From positions 1-58,435 of the forward strand of contig JANPJS010000114.1 in the NCBI GenBank assembly GCA_031425655.1: a DNA stretch of 58,435 nucleotides, given 5' to 3'. The notes below the pieces were generated by a model that worked only from the letters and a program-made list of their open reading frames with translations, was not told where the DNA came from and did no database searches. The DNA is from Abditibacteriaceae bacterium. GTDB lineage: Bacteria; Armatimonadota; Abditibacteriia; Abditibacteriales; Abditibacteriaceae. This document shows, in pieces, positions 28,594-38,203 of the stretch; the first letter of the stretch is position 1, and every line of letters starts with the position of its first letter. A program made the translations under genes and the position numbers.

Positions 28594-29797
28594 GAACCTG
28601 TTGCGTAATAAGTTTTAAGTTCGTGTAGGGAGTCAATATTAGCGAGGCGCCCTTATTTGTCGGCCTGAGGTCTTACCAGTTCAAGCTCCCCAGTATGCCG
28701 AAGTTGTGTAGTCCAGCCACCACCGCTACGGTGCTTTGGTGTCTTTGCCAATCCGCACGATACAAACCAGACAACACCCGCCAGTTTTTCAAATGACCGA
28801 TATTTTGCTCAACCTGCATACGCTGCGGTGAGACCATCGTATAGTTCCACGCCTTGCCTAAAACGGTCAACTTGGATCGACCACTGCCTTTGAGCGCGGC
28901 CAGAACTTTGACTCCCGGCAGACTGCCATACTGATTTTTTTCGGGCTTGCCCTCTTTCTCCAAGCCGCTGTAACCGCGATCTAAACGCACCCGTCTTCGA
29001 TGACGCGCCGTGGACAAAACGGGTCGTTTTCCCTGCTGGGCCTTGCGTTTGACCGGTGAGGCCGCCGCGCTGATCGAACGCAACACGCCCGATGCCTTGA
29101 GTAACTGCCGGTCAGCCATCGAACCGGGACAGTTGCCCATCATGTGCACCACCAGACGACCAGCGGTGGTGACCTGAGTTTTGACAGTGTGACAGTGGAT
29201 TTTGCCAGAGTAAAACTGCTTCTTTTCACGCTTGTTTTGATACTTGGGCACTTCCTGCTCGGTGGCGTCTACGCATAAATCACGCAACTCAGGATAGGCT
29301 TCGAGCAATTCTTTCAAGGTGCCAATGCGCTTGCCGCTACGCTTACCACCCGAACCTCCCGAACCAGAACCTCCCGAACCAGAATCGCCGTTTTCCAAAG
29401 CCGACAACAGGTGATCTTGCATGGGAATTGGTAACACTTCCAAGAGAATCGGCAGCATCCGCTCATTCCGCTCACGCCACAGATTGCTTTCATGAATCTC
29501 GAACAAACAGCCCAGCAGAAAACCGGTCAGATGAAGACGGTAATAGAGCAGCGTTGCCAGCAAGCGTTCTTCCACAGACAGCGTAAAGGGACGACCACCA
29601 CCCACCGCGCGCACACGAGGACGCTGCGTCAAACGCCGCTCTTCCTGAGCCTCATACAAGGGCCGCACCGCACACGCCAACTGCGTAAACTCGTCCACGC
29701 TCAGACCCAACAAACGGCGGAATTGACCGGGCCGACTCTGTAATTTCTTGACTGTCATCATGGCTTTGAGTCTAACTACTTATTACGCAACAGATTC
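28594..29797 (-). mobile_element. IS5-family (DDE_Tnp_4-type) insertion sequence
   Basis: TIR GAA(C/T)CTGTTGCGTAATAAGT at both ends; 3-bp duplication TCT (28591-28593, 29798-29800). Confidence 0.88.
28673..29761 (-). CDS. Transposase (HTH_Tnp_4 + DDE_Tnp_4 type)
   Basis: FRRLLGLS, GGRPFTL, LLATLLYYR, VDATEQ, YSGK, LDRGYSG, RMQVEQNIGHLKNWRVL. Confidence 0.9.
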   Translation of the reverse strand: MMTVKKLQSRPGQFRRLLGLSVDEFTQLACAVRPLYEAQEERRLTQRPRVRAVGGGRPFTLSVEERLLATLLYYRLHLTGFLLGCLFEIHESNLWRERNERMLPILLEVLPIPMQDHLLSALENGDSGSGGSGSGGSGGKRSGKRIGTLKELLEAYPELRDLCVDATEQEVPKYQNKREKKQFYSGKIHCHTVKTQVTTAGRLVVHMMGNCPGSMADRQLLKASGVLRSISAAASPVKRKAQQGKRPVLSTARHRRRVRLDRGYSGLEKEGKPEKNQYGSLPGVKVLAALKGSGRSKLTVLGKAWNYTMVSPQRMQVEQNIGHLKNWRVLSGLYRADWQRHQSTVAVVAGLHNFGILGSLNW

Positions 29798-29972
29798 TCT
29801 GGACGATCAGCAGTTCAGCGTCGGTGACGCCTACCTGTGCGGCGCGCGGCGCTAATTCGCGCGCGAATTTAAGCAGAAAATCGGCGCGTCCTACGTCATC
29901 GAGTGGAATGTAATCAAGTGCCATGAGTGCCTTTCAGCGTTCCTTTTCAGAAATTCGCCGCTCCATCTTTCA

Positions 29973-30014
29973 AGATTGTGGCTCTATCTCGTGAGATTGT
30001 GGCTCTATCTCGTG
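29973..30014. repeat. 21-bp perfect tandem repeat in the leader of the split gene
   Basis: AGATTGTGGCTCTATCTCGTG x2. Confidence 0.85.
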
Positions 30015-30181
30015 AAATGTCCGTTCCTTTTTTGAAAAGGGAAAGGCAATAACGCACGTTTGCGCGCAAACGCGCAAAGTGGCGAGGCGAGAATTGAAAA
30101 AGGAGCGCAATGTGCGGCGCGGGGGCCACATGGAGGTAACTTTAGCGGGAAAACAGCGCTTTTCGCCAGAGGAAAAAACGC

Positions 30182-30208
30182 GCAATGTTGCGTAATACGC
30201 AACATTGC
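30182..30208. promoter_or_regulatory. Perfect 13-bp-arm palindrome (terminator and/or operator)
   Basis: GCAATGTTGCGTA-A-TACGCAACATTGC just after the Crp-family stop; T-run follows on the minus strand. Confidence 0.6.
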
Positions 30209-30212
30209 ACAT

Positions 30213-30944
30213 TTAGCGCGGAGGCTTGCCGTCACGAATGAGTTTCAGCTTGCGAACATTGGCGATAGCGACGCGACGACCTCGCAGGGGACGCAGAATG
30301 TGGCGCATGGAAAGGCTGGTCATGGTTTCGCTGACGGTGCGGCGGCAGAATCCGGCCATCAGACCAATTTCGTCCTGAGTCAGCGCGCAGGGCAAATCAA
30401 GGGTGCCGTGTAGCTGGGCCGTCTCACAATTTTTCGCATAATCGAGCAAAACCGACGCGATGACACGCTCGGCATCCCGCGAACTGAGCAGCGAAACACG
30501 CTCATTTTTGCGTTGCAGGCGCGTGGCGGCGATGCGCGCCACGTTTTTCCAGACGAGTGGGTTTTTATCGCAGAATTCCGCGAATTGCGCGCTGCTTATC
30601 CACCAGCAAACCGTTTTCACAATGGCGACAACGTGCGCGCTGTGCCCCTGACCATTGAGGAAGTTAATCTCGCCCAGCACGGTTCCCGGCCCTTCAACGG
30701 CCAGCAGCGTGCCGCATTGCGGCGAGACTTCCCGCGATGGCGCGTCATGCGGCAAACAAACGCGGGCCAGACCGCTCCGCACAATGAAAATCTTTTTGCT
30801 GTCGCTGCCCGCACGCAAAATAAAGGCGTCGGAGTCAAAAGTTTGCGTAGCGAGCAGCCGCGCGAAGTCGCTGATTTGCGTCGCCGGCACATCGCTTAGT
30901 AAAGGTAGGCTTTCCAGTTCGGCAACATCGAAGGCATCGTGCAT
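30213..30944 (-). CDS. Crp/Fnr family transcriptional regulator
   Basis: cNMP-binding IVRSG...GPGTVLGE...SAHVVA; HTH LTQDEIGLMAGFCRRTVS. Confidence 0.9.
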   Translation of the reverse strand: MHDAFDVAELESLPLLSDVPATQISDFARLLATQTFDSDAFILRAGSDSKKIFIVRSGLARVCLPHDAPSREVSPQCGTLLAVEGPGTVLGEINFLNGQGHSAHVVAIVKTVCWWISSAQFAEFCDKNPLVWKNVARIAATRLQRKNERVSLLSSRDAERVIASVLLDYAKNCETAQLHGTLDLPCALTQDEIGLMAGFCRRTVSETMTSLSMRHILRPLRGRRVAIANVRKLKLIRDGKPPR

Positions 30945-30974
30945 GATTCCTCCCGACTGCGTTTCTCCAATCGT

Positions 30975-31601
30975 TCAAGCATCCGAATCGTCGTCCGGCA
31001 GCAAAATCAAGCCTTCGGGCACGTCCAGCCCTTCGTAAATTTCTTCCAGCGAAAGCAGAATTTCAAGCTCCGGCAGCGCAAACGAATCGGCACGTTGATT
31101 GAAGCTTTGCACCGTCCATAATTGGCCTTCGCCGCGATGATAATGCTCGATCCGCACACGATCCTGCGCCACTAAAATATAGTCGGTCAGCGATTCGATG
31201 AGTTTGTATTGGTCGAATTTATCGGCGCGGTCAAATTTTTCCGTCGAAGGCGAAAGCACTTCGATCAGCACGCGCGGATTGAGCAGCGTGTCTTTCACGC
31301 CGCTGCGCTTTTCCTCGAACTCAAAAGGAGGGCAGGCGATGGAAATGTCCGGGTAAGTGTTGAAATTTTTGCGGCTTTTTTGCACCTTGACGCGCAAATC
31401 GCTGCCGAATGCGCGGCACGGTTTTCCCCGCAATTGGTTGGTTAGCGAGGCTCCAATACGCATCGCCATCAGCGAATGCGTTGCCGTGCCGCCGGACATG
31501 GCGACGATTTCGCCGTCCCAGTATTCGTGCTTGATCGAAGAGTGTTCTTCAAACGCCCAATACTCTTCTTCGCTGTAAAACTTTTGCGCGAGAGCTTGCA
31601 T
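30975..31601 (-). CDS. Uma2/DUF820 family putative endonuclease
   Basis: EYWDGEIVAMSGG, YPDISI, NPRVLIEVLSPSTE..DR..KF. Confidence 0.92.
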   Translation of the reverse strand: MQALAQKFYSEEEYWAFEEHSSIKHEYWDGEIVAMSGGTATHSLMAMRIGASLTNQLRGKPCRAFGSDLRVKVQKSRKNFNTYPDISIACPPFEFEEKRSGVKDTLLNPRVLIEVLSPSTEKFDRADKFDQYKLIESLTDYILVAQDRVRIEHYHRGEGQLWTVQSFNQRADSFALPELEILLSLEEIYEGLDVPEGLILLPDDDSDA

Positions 31602-31626
31602 AAAATCACCTGCCCGCAGTTTAACC

Positions 31627-31693
31627 AACCGCCAAGACGCCAAGAACGCCAAGAGAAATTAAGTCCCTTGGCGTTCTTGGCGTCTTGGCGGTT
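31627..31693. repeat. REP-like palindrome of CGCCAAGA units
   Basis: AACCGCCAAGACGCCAAGAACGCCAAG / CTTGGCGTTCTTGGCGTCTTGGCGGTT. Confidence 0.88.
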
Positions 31694-31694
31694 T

Positions 31695-34658
31695 CTATCC
31701 GTTGCCCAGCACTTTGCGTGGTTTGGGGCCGTCGGCGGGGCCAAGAATGCCGTCGCGTTCGAGTTGGTCTACAATGCGACCAGCACGCGGATAACCGATT
31801 TCGTATTTGCGCTGGATGTTGCTGGCGCTCATCTCTTGATGGCGCAGCACGAATTCTTTAATCTGATCGTAAAGCTCGTCGCGCTTGTCCTCGGAGGGCG
31901 AGCGGTCATTGCTCGGCGTGTCTTCGGAATCGTCAATGGCGCTCAAATCCATGCCGTATTCAAAATCTTCGCCGGCATACGAAGTTTTCACGACCTGCAC
32001 GATGCGATTGACTTCTTCTTCGCTGAGATAGGCGCCTTGAATACGCACCGCTTTGCCGCCGTTGTTGGCGTCGAAAAGCATATCGCCCGAACCGATGAGG
32101 CGTTCGGCGCCCACGCTATCCAAAATCGTGCGCGAATCCACTTGGCTGGCGACCGCAAAGGCGATGCGCGCGGGAATATTGGCTTTAATGACGCCTGTTA
32201 TCACGTTGACGCTGGGACGCTGCGTGGCCACGATAAGATGAATTCCCGTCGCGCGGGCAAGCTGCGCCAGGCGGCAAATCAGCTTTTCAAATTCCGCCGC
32301 CGCGGTCATCATCAAGTCGGCGAGTTCGTCAATCACGATGACGATGTAAGGCAGCGGCGCTTCGCCGTCTTCGAGCTTGCCGTTATACGACGCGATGTTG
32401 CGCACGCCGCGCTCGGCGAACCTTTTGTAGCGCCGATCCATTTCGGTAATCATGCCGCGCAAGGCACGCACCGCTTCTTTCGGCTCAACGACAACCGGGT
32501 GATACAGATGCGGAATGTCCCGATAAAGCGTCAACTCGACGCGCTTCGGGTCAATGAGCGAGAACTTGACTTCTTCGGGCGTGGCGCGCGTGATGATTGA
32601 AGTAATTAAAGTGTTCAAACACACCGATTTACCCGAATTGGTGGCGCCGGCGATGAGCAAGTGCGGCATTTTGGTCAAGTCGGCCCATTTTGGCTGCCCG
32701 GCGATGTCTTTTCCTAAAACAAAGCCGAGTTTCGACTGCGCCGAGAGGAATTCCGGCAATTCCAGCACATCGCGCAAACGCACCAGATGCACTTTGCGGT
32801 TGGGAACTTCGATGCCGACCACGTTTTTGCCCGGCACTGGCGCTTCGATGCGAACTGCGATGGCAGACAGCGAACGCGCCAAATCGCGGTCGAGATTGGC
32901 GATGGCCGCCACGCGCACGCCGGGCGCCGGCTGCACTTCGTAGCGCGTAATCACGGGGCCGCGCTTCACGTCCGTCACGCGCGCGTCAATTTTGAAACTG
33001 GCCAAGGTTTCGGTCACGTTTTGCACACCCAGCTGAATATCTTCTTCAGCGCCCGAAACGTCCATGCGAACGGGCGGGTCGAGGGCGCGCACCGCGTCAT
33101 CGAAATATTCGGGCATATATGGCCCGTCGCCGAAGCGTCGGCGCGGGCCGGCAGGTCGCGCCCGCTTACGAATAATGCCAAGAGGCTCATCTTTGGCCGA
33201 CGCCAAAGCTTGCGCTTCGAGGGCTTCACTTGGCGATAACACGTCGTCGGGCCGGTTAATCGGCACCGGTTCGGCTTCGCGCGCGGCTTCGGACGACGTT
33301 TCTAAAATCGAAGGCGGCGGCGGCGCATCTATGATCTCGATGCGCGGCGCGATTGGCTCCACGACTTTCGCGGTTTTGGCCGGCGGTTTGGGCGCCGCTT
33401 CATTGCTATCGGGAACAAGCTTTATTTCCGGCGCGAGGGTTTCAACGTGCGCCGTCATAGCCGCGACCGGCGGCAATTCGCGCAGCAAATCGTCAAGAGG
33501 CAAAAACGGCGAGGCACGACGTGGAACGCGCGTTGGAATCGGCAACTCGACGGCTTTAAACGACTGCGGCGAGCGCGCCAGTTCACGCGTTTCGCGCGGC
33601 GAAAGGGTCGGCGGCACGCTTTCGACGAACGGAGGCGATTCTTCGCGCGCGGAACTTCCGTTTCGTTCCCCGTTACGCGATAATTGTCGCGCAAAAGGGT
33701 CGCCGACCGAGAAAGATTCGCGGACAGGTTCGGGTTCCTGATAGGCGATTTCGACGCCGCGCTGCCACACGCGGCGCGTTTTGCGTCCGGCGCGATGCGC
33801 GCCGCGTTTCATGCCGCGTCCGGCATTGCCGACGGTTTCCGCCAGTGACATTTCGGTGAGCAGCAGCAAAGCGACAATCGCCAGCGCAACGAGCGCGATG
33901 ACGGCGCCCGGTTCGCCGAGCATTTTGCGCAGCGCCCACGCGATGACTGCGCCAACTGCGCCGCCATGATCGTAAGCATCGGCAAAACCAGAATCGGCGG
34001 CGCCACGCTGCCAGATCAAATCCACCGGTGCGAACTCGCGGTTCATCGGCACTTGAAGGTGAATCGCGGTCAGAAAAACCGGGAAACCGAGCAGCACGCC
34101 GGAGAAAAACGCGCGCAAATTGGCTTGGCGGCGCTGCACGATGAGCATCAAGCCCAACGCGCACAGCAAAAGTGGGAAAACCACAGCGCCCAACCCAAAA
34201 GCCAGACGCAAGCCGCTGACAGCCACTTTCGGCAGCCAGCCTTCGGCGTGCGGCATCAGAGCGTTAAATAGCAGCAAAGCGCCCAGCGCCAGCAGCAACA
34301 CGCCGGCAACCTCGAAAATCAGCGTGCCCGACGGCTTACGCACCAAGCGATTCGCGTGCGAGACACGTTCGCCGTCAAAAGGCAGCGGCGGCGTGGTTTC
34401 ACGCGGGGCGCGTCGTGTTTTGGGAATGAGTTCCAGTCCACCGCGTTCCAAACGCGACGACGGGGTTTCCGTGTTCCAATCGCGGTCGCGCGCAGCGGGG
34501 CGTTCGGGTGAATTCGCTTCTGAGGACGCCTCGCTTTTGGCGCGGCGCGGCTTTGGAGTGACTTTGCGTCGGGTTTGGGGCGCGAATTCGGGAGGCGCTT
34601 CAAAATCCGCGCCATCCGTTTCGGCTTCGGGGGCCGTTGAAGATGATAACTTAGGCAT
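31695..34658 (-). CDS. ftsK: DNA translocase FtsK/SpoIIIE
   Basis: 4TM region, Pro-rich linker, GPVITRYE, HLLIAGATNSGKS, IDELADLM, ATQRPS, gamma domain IGYPRAGRIVDQLE. Confidence 0.96.
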   Translation of the reverse strand: MPKLSSSTAPEAETDGADFEAPPEFAPQTRRKVTPKPRRAKSEASSEANSPERPAARDRDWNTETPSSRLERGGLELIPKTRRAPRETTPPLPFDGERVSHANRLVRKPSGTLIFEVAGVLLLALGALLLFNALMPHAEGWLPKVAVSGLRLAFGLGAVVFPLLLCALGLMLIVQRRQANLRAFFSGVLLGFPVFLTAIHLQVPMNREFAPVDLIWQRGAADSGFADAYDHGGAVGAVIAWALRKMLGEPGAVIALVALAIVALLLLTEMSLAETVGNAGRGMKRGAHRAGRKTRRVWQRGVEIAYQEPEPVRESFSVGDPFARQLSRNGERNGSSAREESPPFVESVPPTLSPRETRELARSPQSFKAVELPIPTRVPRRASPFLPLDDLLRELPPVAAMTAHVETLAPEIKLVPDSNEAAPKPPAKTAKVVEPIAPRIEIIDAPPPPSILETSSEAAREAEPVPINRPDDVLSPSEALEAQALASAKDEPLGIIRKRARPAGPRRRFGDGPYMPEYFDDAVRALDPPVRMDVSGAEEDIQLGVQNVTETLASFKIDARVTDVKRGPVITRYEVQPAPGVRVAAIANLDRDLARSLSAIAVRIEAPVPGKNVVGIEVPNRKVHLVRLRDVLELPEFLSAQSKLGFVLGKDIAGQPKWADLTKMPHLLIAGATNSGKSVCLNTLITSIITRATPEEVKFSLIDPKRVELTLYRDIPHLYHPVVVEPKEAVRALRGMITEMDRRYKRFAERGVRNIASYNGKLEDGEAPLPYIVIVIDELADLMMTAAAEFEKLICRLAQLARATGIHLIVATQRPSVNVITGVIKANIPARIAFAVASQVDSRTILDSVGAERLIGSGDMLFDANNGGKAVRIQGAYLSEEEVNRIVQVVKTSYAGEDFEYGMDLSAIDDSEDTPSNDRSPSEDKRDELYDQIKEFVLRHQEMSASNIQRKYEIGYPRAGRIVDQLERDGILGPADGPKPRKVLGNG

Positions 34659-34793
34659 CAGGTTGCTCCCGCAGAGTCCGGTGGTGCTGTAATGAAGAGT
34701 GCGATGTGGTATTCGGGGAGAGTGCCGGAACCGCTTCCCATTCTACCCTTCTCGCCGCCCTCAGGCAATTCGGACAGATAATGCCGCCTGATA

Positions 34794-35360
34794 TTATTCA
34801 TCCATGTTTTTGAGAATCTGCATGAACTCATCGAAGGAGTCGGCGATAAGATACAGGTTTTGAGCATCAGGGAAAGGCGAATTACGCCACCAGAAAATAG
34901 CACGCGGACGCAATCCAAACAGGGCAAGACAGATTTCGTTGCCACCTGCATCTGAACCAATAGGCAACAGTTCTTCGGGCCATTCCATCTCGTCAACAGG
35001 AGTTGAAATGTCGCGCACTAATTGAAGGCCAGGATACCACTTATAGCCGTCCTCTAAACAAAAATAACGCCGTCCTTGAAGGTAATTATCAGCTAACGTT
35101 TCTTGGTCGGTTGAGCCATAAAACATGAAAATACTGCCTTCCGTCAGACAACCATCTTGATTCATAGAGAACAACAGATCGTTGTCGAATATTATTCCTC
35201 CGTAATCCCGTAGGAACTCACGATAATCATCCGCTAAGCGATAACCCAATTGGGTTTCTATTCTCTTTATATGCCTATCATCCAAAGTTGGGCCAACCCG
35301 CGAGAGGTTCGGGTAGTAGCCTTGCAGTTTGGTAACAATGGGCGCATATCTGTTGGCCAT
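34794..35360 (-). CDS. SMI1/KNR4 (SUKH) family immunity-type protein
   Basis: IETQLGYRLADDYREFL..YGG, LLPIGSDAGGNEICL, LIADSFDEFM; AT-rich. Confidence 0.88.
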   Translation of the reverse strand: MANRYAPIVTKLQGYYPNLSRVGPTLDDRHIKRIETQLGYRLADDYREFLRDYGGIIFDNDLLFSMNQDGCLTEGSIFMFYGSTDQETLADNYLQGRRYFCLEDGYKWYPGLQLVRDISTPVDEMEWPEELLPIGSDAGGNEICLALFGLRPRAIFWWRNSPFPDAQNLYLIADSFDEFMQILKNMDE

Positions 35361-35378
35361 AAGTCAGGATTCCTCCTC

Positions 35379-37529
35379 TTAGCTATCGTGCGGCAATAGA
35401 AAAACGACTCTGGTGCCGCCGCCTACGCGCGGCATCAATTCGAGCGTGCCGCCTAAAATCGCCAGCATGGCGCCGTGTAATGCCAGCCCCTGACCGCTCC
35501 CGCCGCGCGCTTCCGCAGCCGGCGCGTTTTCCAAGCCGATGCCGTTGTCTTCGACGCAGAGTTGCAAGGCTTCGCCCGCTTGCAAAGCGACGAGCAAATG
35601 CAGCGGCGCCGTGTGTTCTGGTGATGGGCGCGCGTGTTTGGCGGCGTTGCGCACGGCTTCGCGCGCGGCGAAAAACAGCGTTTCGGCGGCAAGGGGCGGT
35701 AGTTCACGCGCGGCGCGTTCGGCGGCAGGTTCGATGGCGAATTCGACCGCATCGAAAGCGCCGGGATGCTCGTCGCTGACGCATTGGCGCAAGGCTTCCA
35801 CGAGTCCCAACCGCGCCACGACGGGCGTGGTGGCGCCGGGCATTTCGCGCAGCAAGTTGGATATTTCGCGGTGCGCGTCCGAAAGTTGCGCGAGGGCTTC
35901 AGGCGGCGCGTCGGCGAAAGTCAACAAAACCGCGTGCAGGCGAGGCAAAACGTCGTCGTGCAAAACGCGACGCGCGCGGCGGTCGAGCATCTGCGTTTGC
36001 GCGACGTGACGGCGCTGCAAAGCCATTAATTGCCGCGCCAAAGCGGCGCTGGCCTGCGTATCAATTAAGCGCTCGCAGCCGGCGCGGGCAATTTCGATTT
36101 CCTCTTGTGTAAACAGCCCGCCGTCGCGCTTGTCGCCCAACAAAAGCACGCCGATTAAACCGCGTTCGCTCCACAAAGGCACAGCCCACGTCAGGCCGCC
36201 GGTGCGCGCCGAATCTAAAGCGATGCAGAGCGTTTTCGGCGAGAGGCGTGGCGTGATTTCACTTAAAGGCGGCGCGCCGACACCACGCTCCGGTGGAAAC
36301 ACCAGAGGCGCTCCGACGAGCGGCGCCAACGGCCCAATCGGCACTAAATAAGCGGCTTGGACGCCTAATACATCGTCGCAGAGGGCGCGAAACGGCGTTG
36401 CGGCGTCAAGGGGCGGCGCATCGCCGGCGCCGGTTTCCAAAAGCTGCTCATAAAGCCCCTGACTGGCCACAAAAGGCCGCAATTGCGCCACATAATGCTC
36501 GCGTTCGACGTAACCTCGCCACGAAAACAAGGCAAAAAACACGCTGAGCAAAATGGTGCTGAGCAGCACCAGATAAACCTGCGCGACCGGCAACGCCCAA
36601 AACAAGCTAACCAAAATGCTATAAGCCGCCGCCACGCCGACGATATTGCGCCACTGTCGCAAAAACCCGCGCCGAGGCAGCGTTTTTCCGGTGAAAATTT
36701 CATACGACACGATGGCTTTGCCCATCAGCACCACGGCCACGCCAACTAAAGCCGAGATTACGAAATCGCTCAACGACACGGCGACGGATAAACGAAAAAA
36801 CAGAGCGTCGTCGAGTTTGCGATGCACGCACCAAACAATCCACAAAAGCAATGCACCGACCATCAAACTGGCCACTAATTGCACGCCGGTTGAAGCCATC
36901 AGCCACGGACGCGCACGTCGCCGCGCCACGTCGTCCAGCGCGCGACCGGCGCCTTGCGGCAAATCGGTGTGGCGCAAAGCATCAAGTGAAAAACTGATGC
37001 AGGCCAACAAATAAAGCGGCAGAACTCCGAGCAAAAGCGGAATGCCGCGCACAGCCGGCGTGTCGCCTTCTCGATAGGCAATCTGTTGAAACAAGCGCGC
37101 CGGGTCAGCGATAATCACCAGCGCCGCGAGAACAATTCCCAGCGCGCCGGCTATGCCAAGTCCGATGCGATGGCTGCGAAAAGCCGGCACAGCGCGCACA
37201 GTTGCGCTATCCCACGCGCCGGAATACCAAAGCATCAGCACATACCAACCGAACGGCAGCGCCAAAACGCACAGCCAGCAGATATACCACCACCAGCGAA
37301 TGCCGCGAATCAACGCTTCCCACGAATAATCGAGCGTTGCGGTGTGAATCAAGAAAAACAGCCCGCCGAGCAGCATTCCGCATCCGGCGAGGCGCGTGCC
37401 CCAATCGCGCTTTTCGGCATTGAGCAAAACCGTCAGGCCCAACCAGACCAGCAAAATCGTGTTGAAGAGCGAAGTCGCGCCCAAACCCCAGTCGAAAAGC
37501 AGTTCGTGTAGAGGAATATTCGTTTTCAT
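35379..37529 (-). CDS. Multi-TM sensor histidine kinase (GAF-like + HisKA_3 + HATPase)
   Basis: ~10 TM helices; LHDDVLP H-box; EAVRNAAKHA, VEDNGIG, GQGL, GGGT. Confidence 0.88.
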   Translation of the reverse strand: MKTNIPLHELLFDWGLGATSLFNTILLVWLGLTVLLNAEKRDWGTRLAGCGMLLGGLFFLIHTATLDYSWEALIRGIRWWWYICWLCVLALPFGWYVLMLWYSGAWDSATVRAVPAFRSHRIGLGIAGALGIVLAALVIIADPARLFQQIAYREGDTPAVRGIPLLLGVLPLYLLACISFSLDALRHTDLPQGAGRALDDVARRRARPWLMASTGVQLVASLMVGALLLWIVWCVHRKLDDALFFRLSVAVSLSDFVISALVGVAVVLMGKAIVSYEIFTGKTLPRRGFLRQWRNIVGVAAAYSILVSLFWALPVAQVYLVLLSTILLSVFFALFSWRGYVEREHYVAQLRPFVASQGLYEQLLETGAGDAPPLDAATPFRALCDDVLGVQAAYLVPIGPLAPLVGAPLVFPPERGVGAPPLSEITPRLSPKTLCIALDSARTGGLTWAVPLWSERGLIGVLLLGDKRDGGLFTQEEIEIARAGCERLIDTQASAALARQLMALQRRHVAQTQMLDRRARRVLHDDVLPRLHAVLLTFADAPPEALAQLSDAHREISNLLREMPGATTPVVARLGLVEALRQCVSDEHPGAFDAVEFAIEPAAERAARELPPLAAETLFFAAREAVRNAAKHARPSPEHTAPLHLLVALQAGEALQLCVEDNGIGLENAPAAEARGGSGQGLALHGAMLAILGGTLELMPRVGGGTRVVFLLPHDS

Positions 37530-37563
37530 GCGGGGATACGCCACAACAACGTCACGAAGCGAC

Positions 37564-37911
37564 TCACCATTGTGAGGCCAAGACGCCCAGGAAGAAATAG
37601 CTAAACAGGCAACCCCAAAAGAGGCTGCGCCACGCTTGCGTGATGGAAACCGGCTTGCTGATAATCCACATAGCCAACGATACAAAAGTCCCCGGCACGA
37701 CCAGCAACCCCGCCAGCGGCAAGCCGGTAGAGAAAGTTGAAGTCACAGTGAGAAATACTGGGCCTGCCATAAAAATACAGTTTTGCCAGACATTGGGGGC
37801 TTGTTCATCCGTTATTTTCTTTTCCCGTAGCGCGATATATTCTCGTTCCTTTGCCATCGCGGCATGGTAGTTATCCCATTTTTGCTCTTCGCTGAGTTCT
37901 TCAGGATTCAT
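37564..37911 (-). CDS. Small hypothetical membrane protein
   Basis: ATGA overlap with the upstream stop; three hydrophobic segments; AT-richer. Confidence 0.6.
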   Translation of the reverse strand: MNPEELSEEQKWDNYHAAMAKEREYIALREKKITDEQAPNVWQNCIFMAGPVFLTVTSTFSTGLPLAGLLVVPGTFVSLAMWIISKPVSITQAWRSLFWGCLFSYFFLGVLASQW

Positions 37912-38201
37912 TTCATTGCCTCGTTGCGATTGAGCAAACACAAACCCAGCACGCCGATGCCGCATAGAATCGCGCTCAACAAAACGCTGACGCCATCGGC
38001 AAAGCAGTTGATGCGAAAAGCGTTTTCGTAATTCTGTGCTACCAGCAAAGCGCGCTCGCTGCCGCCAAATCGAACAAGCTGTTCCCAACGCGCGAAAGCA
38101 CGATTGAGCGAAGCCCAGTCTTGCAAACAATAGTAGCCGCTGACGGCAACGCCAAGCAATCCCGGCGCGATGGTGAAGCAAAACAAGGTAAAAACGCGCA
38201 T
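37908..38201 (-). CDS. Small two-TM hypothetical protein
   Basis: Starts 2 nt after the response regulator stop; TM-loop-TM, RINCFADG. Confidence 0.65.
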   Translation of the reverse strand: MRVFTLFCFTIAPGLLGVAVSGYYCLQDWASLNRAFARWEQLVRFGGSERALLVAQNYENAFRINCFADGVSVLLSAILCGIGVLGLCLLNRNEAMK

Positions 38202-38203
38202 TT

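Larger units (their letters stand above)
28028..29924 (-). pseudogene. 229-aa hypothetical gene (helical N-terminus, FnIII-like C-terminus) split by IS
   Basis: 29924-29798 (MALDYIPLDD...LLIVQ) joins in frame to 28590-28028 (KDAAFY...SPYVDTRP...REY.IRY...IGEWS). Confidence 0.82.

Noticed and set aside
28594..28636. Start of the 202-aa ORF 28028-28636
   Set aside because: It lies inside the IS; the real start is at 29924
31627..31693. Integron attC sites (AAC...GTT-bounded palindromes, also 20907-20982)
   Set aside because: No integron integrase, they flank housekeeping genes, and the arms are tandem-unit repeats without attC bulges
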